A stretch of 64,000 nt of DNA from the human T2T-CHM13v2.0 reference genome, Homo sapiens: NCBI RefSeq assembly GCF_009914755.1, contig NC_060931.1; one strand, given 5' to 3'. Shown here one piece after another: positions 1-13,400 of this stretch. The stretch's first letter is position 1. Each line of letters opens with the position of its first letter. Under the pieces are notes generated by a model. The model had not been told where the DNA came from and searched no databases. It was given only the letters and a program-made list of their open reading frames with translations. The position numbers and the translations under genes are program-made.

Positions 1-1099
1 CCCTTCCTTGAATGACTGAATCACAATACTTTGATGGTGCATTCATTTGTTCGTTTGTTCATTCATTCATTCATTCATTCGAGACAGGATCTTGATCTGT
101 TGCCCAGGCTGGGGTGCAGTGGTGCAATCATAGCTCACTGCAGCCTCATATTCCTGGGCTCAAGTGATGCTTCTGCCTCAGCCTTCCAAAGTGTTGGGAT
201 TACTGGTGTGAGCCACTATGCCCGGCTGAGGATGCATTTAAAATCAGACTTCTGCTTCATCATCACTTCAGAGTTTCCCAGGCATTGACCAGAACGACTC
301 CCATGATCTCCCATAATTACATCCATGAATTACCTCCTCCAAGGAGAACATAAGCACCTTGAGAGAAAGAAGTGCCTCTTAAAATCATATCCCAAACCCC
401 AAGACAAATGATGTTAGTGTCTAAGAAAAAAAGACAAAATGCTAGCTGAGCAGAAGGACACAGAGCCAAGCAAGGAGGGAGCTTCCTCTGGGACTCCTGA
501 AGCCCCAGAACAGCAGGTGTCTGTGTGGTAGACTGGCTGCTGCTCTAATCGCTTTCAGCTGAGAAACACCAGTATCATGACACAAGCTCCCAAAAGAGTA
601 GTATGTTACATTTACATTGTGAGAAATGAGCTGGGATTTCAGACAGAAGGAAAGGATGGTCCTCACGGCTGGCTGAGCATGTGTGGGGGTGGTTAGGATG
701 CAGCTGCTCTCTCCCAAAACCCGGCCGTCACCCCTCACTCTTGGCTGACGAGCTATTTCCCTGAGAAAAGAAGCAAATAGGAATGCTATGTCTACCCTCT
801 TCTCTAACCACCTCATGGGACACCTCCAACTGTTTGCATCTCTGTCCCCTCTGGCTGACTCGAGGCCCCACAGCCATTCTCACTCCATGGGCAACAACTA
901 TTTCTCATTCTCGACAGAATCACCCCACTATTATCTCTCCCATCAAAACAAAACAAAATGAAAAATCCTTTCTTAACCTCAACTCCTATTCCTGCTACTA
1001 TCCAATTTCTCTTTTTCCTTTAGGGCAAAATTTCTCAAAAAAAAAAAAAAAAAATTCTCAATAGACCAAATTCAATTCTTCTACCACTCTCTCCTAAAC

Positions 1100-1383
1100 C
1101 TCTCCAATCAGGATTTCCCTTACAGATCCAGCCACAGGGCCTCAGAGAGTCACATGACCTCCCCTGAGCTAAATCCCAGCACTATTTCTCAGTCTTCCTT
1201 GGGCTGGACTCTTAACAGCATTTGACACAGTTGATCACCTGTCCCTGAAGCTTCTCATTCCCTTGGCTTCAGAAACTGCACGCTCCTGGTTCTCCCTCTA
1301 GCCTGACCAGTAGCACCTTCCCAGTTCCTCCTTCTCTACCAGACTGCACATGGGAGAGTACCAGATTCGTCTCCCAAACTCCA

Positions 1384-1414
<31 letters not shown>

Positions 1415-1849
1415 CAGATTCGTCTCCCAAACTACACACACGCACACACACCAGATTCATCTCCCAAACTCCACACACACACACACAACCAGATTCGTCT
1501 CCCAAACTACACGCACGCACACACACCAGATTCATCTCCCAAACTCCACAAGCACCAGATTCGTCTCCCAAACTCCACACACACACACACACACACACAC
1601 AGATTCATCTCCCAAACTCCACAAACACACACACACACATCAGATTCGTCTCCCAAACTCCACACACACACATACACCAGATTCGTCTCCCAAACTCCAC
1701 ACACACACACCCCCACCAGATTCGTCTCCCAAACTCCACACACACACACAGATTCATCTCCCAAACTCCACAAACACACACACACACACACATCAGATTC
1801 GTCTCCCAAACTCCACACACACACATACACCAGATTTGTCTCCCAAACT

Positions 1850-1885
<36 letters not shown>

Positions 1886-2310
1886 CGACCAGATTCGTCT
1901 CCCAAACTACACACACACACCCCCCCAGATTCATCTCCCAAACTCCACACACACACACACAACAGATTCGTCTCCCAAACTCCACACACACACACCCCCT
2001 AGATTCGTCTCCCAAACCACACACACACACCCACCAGATTCATCTCCCAAAACACACACACACACACACACACCTGCCTTCTTGATGCTGCCACTCATTG
2101 CATACTAACACAGCTAACACAGCTCCCAAACTACACACACACACACACACACACACCCCTACCTGCCTTCCTGATGCTGCCACTCACTGCATACCAACAC
2201 AGCCCAAATTTTAAACATCTGAAACCTAATTCTGGCCTTTTCTCAAGCCTGCTTTACCCACAGTCTTCCCCATCCCAGCTTCAGGCAACCTCATTTTCGT
2301 AGTAGCCACT
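1100..2310 (+). mobile_element. Old L2 LINE fragment interrupted by the minisatellite
   Basis: L2-like motifs flank the array: 'cagcatttgacacagttgatcac' upstream and 'cccacagtcttccccatc' downstream; recognised by eye. Confidence 0.6.
1362..2160. repeat. Compound minisatellite: 18 copies of CAGATTCRTCTCCCAAACT(C/A)CA, each followed by a variable (CA)n tract, in ZNF12 intron 2
   Basis: Core units counted from 1362 to 2035; it explains the His/Thr-rich and Val/Cys-rich ORFs at 1269-2108. Confidence 0.95.
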
Positions 2311-3660
2311 CTGGGAGCCACGCAAGTGCTTTTCCCATGGGGGAAGCACGATATGATGAACACTTCAGGAGAAATACTCGACATGGGAAATGCAATATGC
2401 CTGGGCTTGTGGAGGAAAGTAGCAGTATAGAAAGAAAATCTCTACAACAGTAGAGAGGCCAAAAAATAAGCTATTTTTACAACAGCAGGGAGGGGATAGG
2501 GGACAGGATAAAAACCATCTAGAATATGACATGTACAAACTCAAAACAATCGCGAGTTCAGAAAATGGACAACTTTAGAAAGAATCCCATCTTTCTCGAT
2601 AGGGCTACAGGCTGGACGATGGAACAATGAATCAATAGGAACAAGAGAAGGCATAGGTGGGGGGGCTCCAAATAATTATTCTGAACCTGCTGCATCTATG
2701 ACCTTGAGGGGTCCTTTGGACACACTCCAAAGAAATGCTAAGCAGGTGGCTGGACAGTTCTATGTGGGAAAACCAACACAGAGCTGGTAGTAAGAAGCAC
2801 AGGAGGGTGACATCAGATAGGTACAGAGTCGTGAGCCAAGAGTGGACACCAACACATGAAGACCAAAGAAATCATCAATTTCAGGAAGCAGGCAAGAAGA
2901 GAAAGGGCACTCAAACTGACAGAGCAAACTGCAGAGTGGGCCAAGGCAAAGATGCAAATGTCCACTAAGAGCATGTGCTGGATTATTGGCAACCTTTTCC
3001 AACAAGGTCAGGGGAGTGGTAGGGACAGGACCAAGACCACAGGCTATGGGATAAAATGGGCATCTATGCCAGAGATTTATTATGGTCCTTTCTGCTGTGC
3101 AACCCAGATAAACTAAGAGAAATATTTAGGGAGGCGGCTTGGCATGGTGGCTCACACCTATAATCCCAGCACTTTGGGAGGTCAAGGTGGGCAAATCACT
3201 TGGCACTTGAGGTCAGGAGTTCGAGACCAGCTTGGCCCAAGTGCTTCTGAAACCCCGTCTCTACTAAAAAAATACAAAAATGAGCTGGGTGTGGTGGCAG
3301 GTGCCTGTAATCGCAGCTACTCGGGAGGCTAAGGCAGGAGAATCGCTTGAATCAGGGATAGCGCCACTGCACTCCAGCCTGGGCAACAGAGTGAGACTCC
3401 ATCTTTAAAAAAAAAAAAGAAAAGAAAATATTTAGGGAGACTAATTTAAGGGTGAGAAGGCCATTTCTGCAACGGATAGAGCAGTAAAAAGAATCTACCT
3501 TTGAGACAACAATGTTTTAGTTACTAGAAATATTATGGGCTGGGCGCAGTGGCTCATGCCTGTAAGCTCAGCACTTTGGGAGGCCGAGGCGGGTGGATCA
3601 CCTGAGCTCAGGAGTTCGAGAGCAGCCTGGCCAACATGGTGAAACCCTGTCTCTACTTTA

Positions 3661-3831
<171 letters not shown>

Positions 3832-3833
3832 TC

Positions 3834-3864
<31 letters not shown>

Positions 3865-4249
3865 AAGGCAAGAATTGCAATGGTTCAAGGGTTATTATTT
3901 AGGAAAGCTGTTGATAATGATCTCAGAGGAATCTTTAAAATTCATGCAAAAACAAAAGTGATTCTGCTTACGGTCAATGTAAGTCAAGGAATGGATGGTA
4001 TTTATCATTTTTTGTGATAAATGCCAAGAACATAAGACGCTTGTACTCTGACTTCAAGAACTCTTTAAGGATCACGCTATCTGCGCATATGAATATGATA
4101 AAAAGGCTTGGTGCTGATGGCTACTGTTCTGTCTGACCAAATCTTGTATCTATTTCTACTTTCCCATTTTAAACTTTGAACCCTTAATCTCCTCCTAAGG
4201 TGTATTGTAAATCAGAGTAGAGAATAAATACATGAACAGAAACACTCAC

Positions 4250-4264
4250 CAGGGATTTATTCAT
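4250..4264 (-). CDS. ZNF12: ZNF12 first coding segment, MNKSL, in exon 2 (exon 4250-4314); the KRAB and zinc-finger exons lie beyond the left edge
   Basis: Minus strand reads ccccag|ATCTGCC...AAA ATG AAT AAA TCC CTG|gtgagt; this is a typical short KRAB-ZNF start exon and matches the recalled ZNF12 N-terminus MNKSLGPVSFKD. Confidence 0.85.
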
Positions 4265-4559
4265 TTTCTGCTGCTCTTGGAAAAATCTGGAGGACTGTGA
4301 AAGCGGAGGCAGATCTGGGGAAGGAAAACCCAAGCCATGGCGTTATGAGCGGTCTGGCCTGCCAAGGCGGTCATCTCCCGCCCAAAACCTACACAGAAAG
4401 TTCCAAGAAGTACATCCTGTGGGAGACTGTCCCTTTAAGCCTTCAGAAGGGATTGGAAAATGATCAGGAGGGGGACCGATCTGCACATTTGAAACTCACA
4501 CATGGCTACCTTGTGACTGAGTGGATGAGATTCTCATGGTGAATGAATACTGGATCCTA

Positions 4560-4888
<329 letters not shown>

Positions 4889-5319
4889 TTAAATAAAGAT
4901 CAGAAAATCCACAGGATGCCCTAAATAAAGGAATACAGTCGGCATAATTGAGTCTTTATTTGCAGAAACTTCAGTGTGCTACTCAAAAGGATCTTTTATT
5001 GAAGAACTTACGCTCACTTAACTAGGATACGGGGGACAGAACACTGGCCTGGGAGATAAAACTCCAGAGTTCTACTATGAGCAACTCCACCCACAAAACC
5101 TCGGACAAGTCACCCACCTGCTAAGGCCCTTCCCCTAGCAAATGAGGCAGCAAGAGATAGTTCCTGCAGGCTGTTCCTGCACTACAACGTATGATTCCAC
5201 AAGAGCAGACCTAAGGGGGAATCAGCACTTAAATGAGAGAACAGAGGTGCTGACGGACGTTTAGATACGGTAGCAATCTGGAGCAGAGAGAGGAGGAAGG
5301 GCTGCTGGGGTGAGGGGGG

Positions 5320-6200
5320 AGTGGAGACAACGTCCGCAGCTGAGGCTGGTGACACCCCCCACGCCCCCGTAAGCCTCGTCCTCGCCGGACCCTGCCTTCA
5401 AACCCAAACACACGTCACTCCTGCAAGCGATCGAGACCTTCCACTGTCCCTCACTCTAAGGTGCCCTACACGCGGTGACTTCACCCAGGCCCTTCTCGCC
5501 CCGGGCCCGCAAACCCACGACTTACCCTCCTGGGGCTCCGCAGCCTCTGCCCCACCGCTCACGACAGGCCGGGGCGGGATTGCTGTCGCGGGCGCGCGTC
5601 TGCTCGCGAGGTCCCTTCCTGTCCACCTCACCAAGGCCGTTCTGCTCCAGAGGGGCCCGGGCCGGGCCTACGGGACAAATCCAGGCGGGGCGTCCCTCCC
5701 GGAGCCCAGATCCGTCTCCCTGGGGCTCACCGTCCTGCGGAGCCGGGGCCGGGCCGTCGAGGACGCACACGGGCCGGGCCCGGGTCCCGCCGCCCCTTCG
5801 CCTCCGCCGTCGTCACCGCCCGGCCGGCCCCTTGGGCCCCAGCGCCGTCGGCTCCGGGGGTCGTGCTCGGGGATCCCCGCTTGAGCCTCCGCCTGGCCCG
5901 CACAGCCCCGCGCCCGCTTGGGTGCCGGCCCGGCTCTTCGGCGCCCAGCCCCGCAGGCTCCGCGATTCTCGCCCACCGGAGGCCAAAGCCTGGGAACTAG
6001 GGCGAGCGGTGACCTGGGGACGCACAGGAAGCGAGGGCACTGCGGCCGCGGCGCGCATGCGCGAACACGCACACAGAGAGGGGTGCACATGCGCAGGAAT
6101 GCACCGGAAGTCCGCCTCCCGGGACCCGCCGCCGGTCCCAGGACAAATACCGTGACTCTATTTCCCATGAGCCTACGCGCTCCCCAAATTTAGGAGCCAT
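5320..6200 (-). promoter_or_regulatory. ZNF12: ZNF12 CpG-island promoter and non-coding exon 1
   Basis: GC- and CpG-dense; NRF1 palindrome GCGCATGCGC at 6053-6062; ETS/GABP site CCGGAAGT at 6104-6111; minus-strand donors with GT starting at 5730, 5631 and 5525. Confidence 0.85.
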
Positions 6201-7155
6201 CTGAAATGTCTCTATCTGGTCTAGCGGTTAAGAGGCTCTATGCTAAGAGAATTGGCAACGCCGAACCCCAGACTCAAATTTCTCCTTAGTTTAAGGGAAC
6301 GTCTTCATGGGGATGTCTTGACTATCTTTAAGGGAACGTCTAGAAAGTCTCTGCTTCCTGTAGCATCTCGTAGACCATGCCTGGGCCAGTCCTGCCTTAC
6401 CGGAGAGCTCAAGGCTTAAAATCAATGTCCATGTGCAACCGTGACAAATGGAACAAGAGGGTGCATCATGCTAGCTTATGATCACAATGACACATTTAAC
6501 GAAAACTTCAGTAAATAGAGCCCATGGATGAAATAATAGAGGATTAGCCTGGGACAGGATACCATCCTCGCCCCAACAAGGAGAAAAAGAATTCCAGCTT
6601 TTCCAAATCACTTTGAATTAGTGATAGCTAGAAAACTCAGAGAATATGTACAGAATTGAAAGAAGAAAAAAATTAGCCAGAACTCTACTTCCTGAAGAGG
6701 ATGAGGCAAGCAGAAGAAGAAATTTGCGTCTTAATGGAAAACGAAGCACATTTAGAAAGCCATGTTACTTGATTCCAACCCTGTTCCTTATCTTTGAGGT
6801 ATTTTACACCTCTTTGAAAACTGTAGGTAATCGATGCAAGTTATGTTCTGTCTGGTGGAAGTTGGTTGACTTCCCACAATCCCCACTAGAGAAAATGCAG
6901 TTTTGACTGCATTTCTCCATTTACATAATCATTTCAATATTCCTGATCTGAAAATATGTCTGTTTCTCAGATTCTCTCTCTCTCTCTCTTTTTTTTTTTA
7001 ATTTTGAGACAGGGTCTCACTCTGCTGTGCATGCTGGAGTTCAGTGGCGAGATCTTGGCTCACTGGTTCAAGGAATTCTCCTGCCTCAGCCTCCCAAGTA
7101 ACTGGGATTACAGGTGCACACCACCAAGCCCGACTAATTTTTGAATTTTTAGTAG

Positions 7156-7322
<167 letters not shown>

Positions 7323-7630
7323 TAAATAAAATCTTTAGCATGTGCTCATTTTTATATCTGTATCAGAGTCATGATTTTACTTTTATGTTTTAAGGTTTTC
7401 CAGGTCTTTGCAGAAGTCCCTGATGGAATCACATGACTGAGCCAGGAAAACCTCAGGACTGGAGTGCCTCATGAACTGTTGAAGCCCAGGTGAATCTTTT
7501 CTTGGCTCCCAGGAATGAGTCCAAAGTGCCAGTAGAAATTTGCTGGCTTCTCATTTTTCAGTAATTTCCCCATTTACCAATCCTGTGTTTTACTTTGGTT
7601 TGCATTTGTTTACATTGCTAGCATCACTGA

Positions 7631-7768
<138 letters not shown>

Positions 7769-10257
7769 TAGCTGGGACTATAGGTGCATGCCACCATGCC
7801 CGACTAATTTTTGTATTTTTAGTAGAGACGGGGTTTTTCCATGTTGGCCAGACTGGTCTCGAACTCCTGACCTCAGGTGGTAGACTCGCCTCAGCTTCCC
7901 AAAGTGGTGGGATTACAGGCGTGAAGCACCGCGCTGGGCTAGGAATTTGGTTTTATGGTCTGATCACATGGTGATCTCTGTAATGAGATTAATGTTTGCA
8001 AAGACCTAATCTCTGTTGGGTGAGAGACATCAGAGTCTGATTTGTTATTCTATTTCTCTGTCTATTTTGAGCTGAAATCAATTAAGAATTTCATGCCCAC
8101 TGGGAGGAGAAGAGCTCTTTCATATCTGGAAGGGTGAGTTTTTGCATTTTTGTGTTTACTCTTGACCCATGTCTGAAATTTTAGAATTGAAGCTGTAAGC
8201 TCTATTTCTTTGTATGTCTGTGTGTCTGTAATTTAGAAAGGTCTTTACCTCTGATTGTGTGAGTGTCTAATGTTTTTCCACCTCTGAATGGTATTATAGT
8301 AGATATAGAGTTTGTTTGTTTGTTTTTGAGACAGGGTCTCACTCTGTCGTCCAGGCTGAAGTGCAGTGTGTGCGATCACGGATCACTGCAGCTTCAACCT
8401 ACCTGGGCTCAGGTGTTCCTCCCACCTCAGCCTCCCAATTAGCTGGGACTGCAGGTGTGTACCACCATACCCAACTAATTTTCGTATTCTCTATAGAGAT
8501 GGGGTTTTGCCATGTTGCCCAGGATGGTCTCGAACTTCTGGGCTCAAGCGATCTGATCACCTCAGCCTCCCAAAGTGCTGGGATTACAGGCATGAGCCAC
8601 AATATAGAGTCTTTAAAGGTTTGCTGTTCTGATTGGCTTGTAGAGGTGTGTATGTACTTATATAAATTGAATTTGCCCAAATTCTTAGAAAAAAAGAGAA
8701 ATTGAACTTCTGTTGCTTTAATGTGCTAAAAGGTATTTTTTACTGAAACCAAATCAAATGTTTTGGAAATGCGAGTCCGCATGTAGTCCACATATATGTT
8801 ACCGAGCAGTCAATGCACTCGCTGCCCAGTGTGTACAGAGGCCAATACCATGGCTCCAGCTTTTGAGAAATAAAGCCTTTTTGTAAGTCAACTAGCAAGG
8901 ACACAGGAGGAAATGCTCAAATCTCCCTTTCCCAGCTGGGGGCTATGTCAGGTTTTGTACGCATAGGGTAAGGAGATGTGATTTGATTGGATCTTGAGAT
9001 GAAGTAATTAATGCTGGGAGGTGTGATCTGACTGGATCCTGCCATGGAGTGACACCAAAACTCAATCTCATTGGTTCCTGGCTCCTGCCACAGGGTGTCC
9101 GGTTCTTAAATGGGTCCCAGCTCCTCAGTCCGAGCACTTAGGTTCCACTTCGTGGTTGCATGCTTGGTTAATCTGGGCATGCTCAGAGTATATGACCTTC
9201 AACCCACGGATCCATGGCAGTTGAAAAACAACTGCCAACTACATTACATAAAAGTTGAAATGGACGTGGAGTGTGGTGGCTCACACCTGTAATCCCAGCA
9301 CTTTGGGAAGCTGAGGCAGGCAGATCACGAGGTCAGGAGTTCCAGCCCAGCCTGGCCAATATGGTGAAACCCCGCCTCTACTAAAAATACAAAAATTATC
9401 CAGGGGTGGTGATGCGCTGAGGCAGGAGAATCTCTTGAACCCAGGAGGCGGAGGTTCCAGTGAACCGAGATCGCGCCATTAAACTGCAACCTGGGTGACA
9501 AGAGCAAAACTCCGTCAAAAAAAAAAAAAAACTTGAACTAGATTTAGTCTGATGCAGTTCCAGATTTACAAACCGTGTCCCCACCCTCCTGCCGACACCT
9601 TCCACTCCTCATTCTTGAGGGATTAGGGATGGAGGTCATGCTTCTGTATCTACTTCATGCTGACCAGAGGCACTGAGTCCCCTAAAGTTAGAGGAATGAA
9701 ACTCTTGGGCTGCTGAGTTCAAATGAGTTTTGGGGTCACCCAGAATTGCTTGAAGGGCTGGTATTGTTGTGGTAATACAAGCTGAAGGTGGAAGTGTTGG
9801 AGCCGGGAGGACAAACAGCTCACCATCAATTTAAATAAACAGGACTGAAAAGTACCAGGAGAACAGTGGCCACGAGGGGCCCCAACAGAGGAAGAAACCA
9901 GGTGAGGTGCGGTATAGTGGACTCGACTGCTTTCTAAATCTCAGTGGTTGGCCAGGCACTGTGGCTCATGCCTGTAATCTTAGCAAAAGGGAGGCCGAGG
10001 CAGGCGGGTCACCTGAGCTCAGGAGTTGGAGACCAGCCTGGCCAACATGGTGAAGTCCCATCTCTACTAAAAATACAAAAATTAGCCAGGCATGGTGGCA
10101 TGTGCTGTAGTCCCAGCTAATCGGGAGGCTGAGGCAGGAGAATTGCTTGAACCCGGGAGGCGGAGGTTGCAGTGAGCCTCCAGCCTGGGTGACAGAGCGA
10201 GACTCTGTCTCTAAATAAATAAACAAATAAATAAATCTCGGTGGTTCAACTACCCTT

Positions 10258-10640
10258 GATACAGTTTGGCTCTGTGTCACCACCCAAATCTCATGTCAAA
10301 TTGTAATTCCCAGTGTTGAGGGAGGGAGCTGGTGGGAGGTGATTGGCTCATGGGGACCATCTTCCCCCGTGCTGTTCTCTTGGTAGTGAGTGAGCCCTCG
10401 TGGGATCTGGTTGTTGAAAAGCGTGCATCACCTCCCGCTTCATTCTCTCTGTCTCTCCCGCTCCACCATAGCCAGACGTGCCTGCTTCCACTTCGCCTTC
10501 TGCCATGACTGTCCGTTTCCTGAGGCCTCCCCAGCCATGCTTCCTGTACGGCCTGCAGAACTGTGAGTCAATTAAACCTCTTTTCTTCATAAATTAACCA
10601 GTTTCAGGTAGTTCTTTATAGCAGTATGAAAACAGACTAA
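10258..10640 (+). mobile_element. MaLR LTR (MST family)
   Basis: Starts 'tgatacagtttggctctgtgtcaccacccaaatctcatg' and ends 'ttctttatagcagtatgaaaacagactaat'. Confidence 0.85.
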
Positions 10641-10799
10641 TGGACCCTTCTGGTTGAAGGAATGCAGCCATTCTGCTAGTTTGACTATTTCCTTTCTATT
10701 CATCTCTATTTCCCGGGAGGTGTTTATCCAAGTGCAGTAGGAGGTATTGGTGACTGCACAGTCCCCTCAGTGTTCTGCTAGTGAATAGTTGAAGGTTGA

Positions 10800-10985
10800 T
10801 CAGTGATCTCCTGCATTTTCAGTCTGGCATGGAAAAGCCCCCATGTAACTGGTGAAGATATCAGTGAGCACCAGGAGGTATCTAAATCCTCCAGGAGCCA
10901 TAGGCATCACGTTGATGTCCGTTTGCCAGTCTTCCCTGGCAAGGTTCTTCTGAATTGTACTGCCTTGGCCAAAAGAGGTATGGGA
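10800..10985 (-). mobile_element. Class I ERV pol (integrase core) remnant
   Basis: Translation EDWQTD..MPMAPGGFRYLLVLTDIFTSYMGAFPCQTENA resembles the gammaretroviral integrase motif [27 protein letters not shown]. Confidence 0.75.
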
Positions 10986-11164
10986 GGGGCTGGGCACAGT
11001 GGCTCATGCCTGTAATCCCAGCATTTTGGGAGACCAATTCGGGTGGATCATTAGAGGTCAGGGGTTCAAGACCATCCTGACCAACATGGTGACATCCCAT
11101 CTCTACTAAAAATACAAAAAGTTAGCTGGGTTCGGTGCTGGGTGCCTGTAATCCCAGCTACTCA

Positions 11165-11269
<105 letters not shown>

Positions 11270-12559
11270 TCAAAAAACAAAAAAAGAAGTCCGGGCGCGG
11301 TGGCTCACGCCTGTAATCCCAGCACTTTGGTAGGCCAAGGCGGGTGGATCACGAGGTCAGGAGTTCAAGACCAGCCTGGCCTAGATGGTGAAACCCTGCC
11401 TCTACTAAAAATACAAATATTAGCTGGGCATGGTGGCATGCACCTGTAATCTCAGCTACTCAGAAGTCTGATGCAGGAGAATTGCTAAAACCCGGGAGGG
11501 AGAGGTTGCAGTGAGCCAAGATCGTACCACTGCACTCTAGCCTGGGTGACAGAGCAAGACTCCATCTCGAAAGGAAGAAAGAAAAAGGAAATTCCCCAGG
11601 GAAGTACCCTGGTTTATTTCATAAAGAGGTACTGAAGGAAGCAGAGGCATGTGGAGGACTGTTTCATCATTTGGCCAGGCTGGTCTTGAACTCCTGCTGG
11701 GATCAATGGAGTGAGCCACTGCGCCCTGCCACCTTTAGAGTTTTCTTACCACCTGGTTTTCCTCTCTCAATATCTTTCCCTCATTTCCTGCTTTAAAACT
11801 CTAGCTTGGGGTGTGGGCGCAGTAGCTCATGCCTATAATCCCAGCACTTTGGAAGGCCAAGACAGGCGAATCACTTGAGGTCAGGAGTTGGAGACCAGCC
11901 TGGCCAACATGGTGAAACCCTGTCTCTACTATTTTTATAAAAGTTAGTCAGACGTACAGTTGGGTGCCTGTCGTCCTAGCTACTTGGGAGGCTGAGGCAG
12001 GAGAATTCGCTTGAATCCAGAGGTGAAAGTTGCAGTAAGCCGAGGTCGTGCCAGTACACTCCAGCCTGGGAGACAGAGCGAGACTCTCTCTCCAAAACAA
12101 ACAAACAAACAAACAAACAAACAAACAAAACCTCTAGCTTGGGATCGGCCTTCTCTTCTATTATTTTTCTTTTTAAAAATTTTTTTTAAAATAGATGTTG
12201 ATGCTATGTTGCCCAGGCTGGCCTCAAACTCCTGGCCTCAAGTGATCCTCCCGCCATGACCTCCAAAAGTGCTGGGAATGTAGGTGTGAGCACTGCACCC
12301 AGCCTTATGTTTTTCTCTACATAAAAAATAATGCAGGATTATCTTCTAGAGCTAATTAATATGTTCAAATAACCAAAACCCCATTAAGGAAAAATGTCAT
12401 GACAGCAAATAGTCAATCCAGACCAATATGATCACACTCGCTGTGAAGGTGAGAAAACTTCATCTTTATTACGTTTCCCCAAGAGACGCACTGCCTTGTT
12501 CTCTTGAAAACCCACAGCTCATGTCCTCCTTTAGAACACACATCCTCTTTAAAGTAACA

Positions 12560-13400
12560 TACAAACATGCCAATACAAGGTAAAAAATTACATCTGAATT
12601 CTCACATTTCAAAAACATACAGTAAACATCAAATAAAAATTGATTTTTATAAGAATTTAGGGGGACTATCATGTAGCTATAAGTGTAATACATATGTTAA
12701 GTATCATAGATAAAAAGAGTGCTCCCTTCAGCAGCACATGTAATAATAGATACAAAGATTTACAGATAAAAGATTTAGGATAAAAAGAATCCTCTCTTAA
12801 AAAGGAAAACAAAATTATATTTATGTGTATATAGCAGCTGTAACACCCATCTCACAACTTTATAGGAATGGTGTCTATTCAAAAATACCAGTATTTTCAA
12901 AATATTTTAAATAAATGTAGTAATAATTCTATGCCCATCTTTTTCAAAATATACCAATAAAATATATAGTGTTTATTAGACATGTTAGTATATATCTAAG
13001 ACATGTTAAAAATCACAACTGAATTCTCACAATTCAGTCACAAATCTAAACAGCAAATAAAAATTTCTATGATGAGAACTTAGTAGAACTACCAATAGCT
13101 ATAAAGGGAAAAGATTATTATGTAAGTATCATAGATAAAAAGTGTACTCGCTTCAGAGGCACATATAATAATACAGAAAACAATTTAAACATAATAAAAG
13201 ATTTAGGATAAAAAGGATTCTCTTAAAATGAAAAGAAAATTATCTTTATGTATATATAACAGCTATAACTCTCATCAAAAAATCTACAGGAACAGCATGT
13301 TTTCAAAAGTACAACAATTTCCAAACTATTTGAAATAAACCTATTAATAATTTGATGGCCAACATTTTCCAAACAAACCAATAAATGCATAGTGTGCATG
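12560..13400. repeat. Diverged tandem duplication (period ~425 bp) in the SPDYE 3'UTR; each unit has a U6-like 5' fragment
   Basis: 'ctgaattctcaca', 'aagtatcatagataaaaa' and 'aaaagatttaggataaaaa' each recur about 425 bp apart. Confidence 0.8.

Noticed and set aside
1269-2108. Long His/Thr-rich and Val/Cys-rich ORFs (up to 252 aa)
   Set aside because: They are translations of the (CA)n minisatellite
1362-2160. CRISPR-like repeat-spacer array
   Set aside because: The spacers are only (CA)n tracts, there are no cas genes, and the context is a primate intron; it is a compound minisatellite
5321-6200. Overlapping Pro/Arg/Gly-rich ORFs, also at 28685-29248 and 53035-53659
   Set aside because: Stop-poor GC-rich promoter sequence; similarity between the 5.3-6.2 kb and 28.7-29.7 kb ORFs reflects DNA duplication, not a conserved frame
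12719-12790. Functional U6 snRNA gene
   Set aside because: Only ~24 nt match well; the rest of U6 is not recognisable
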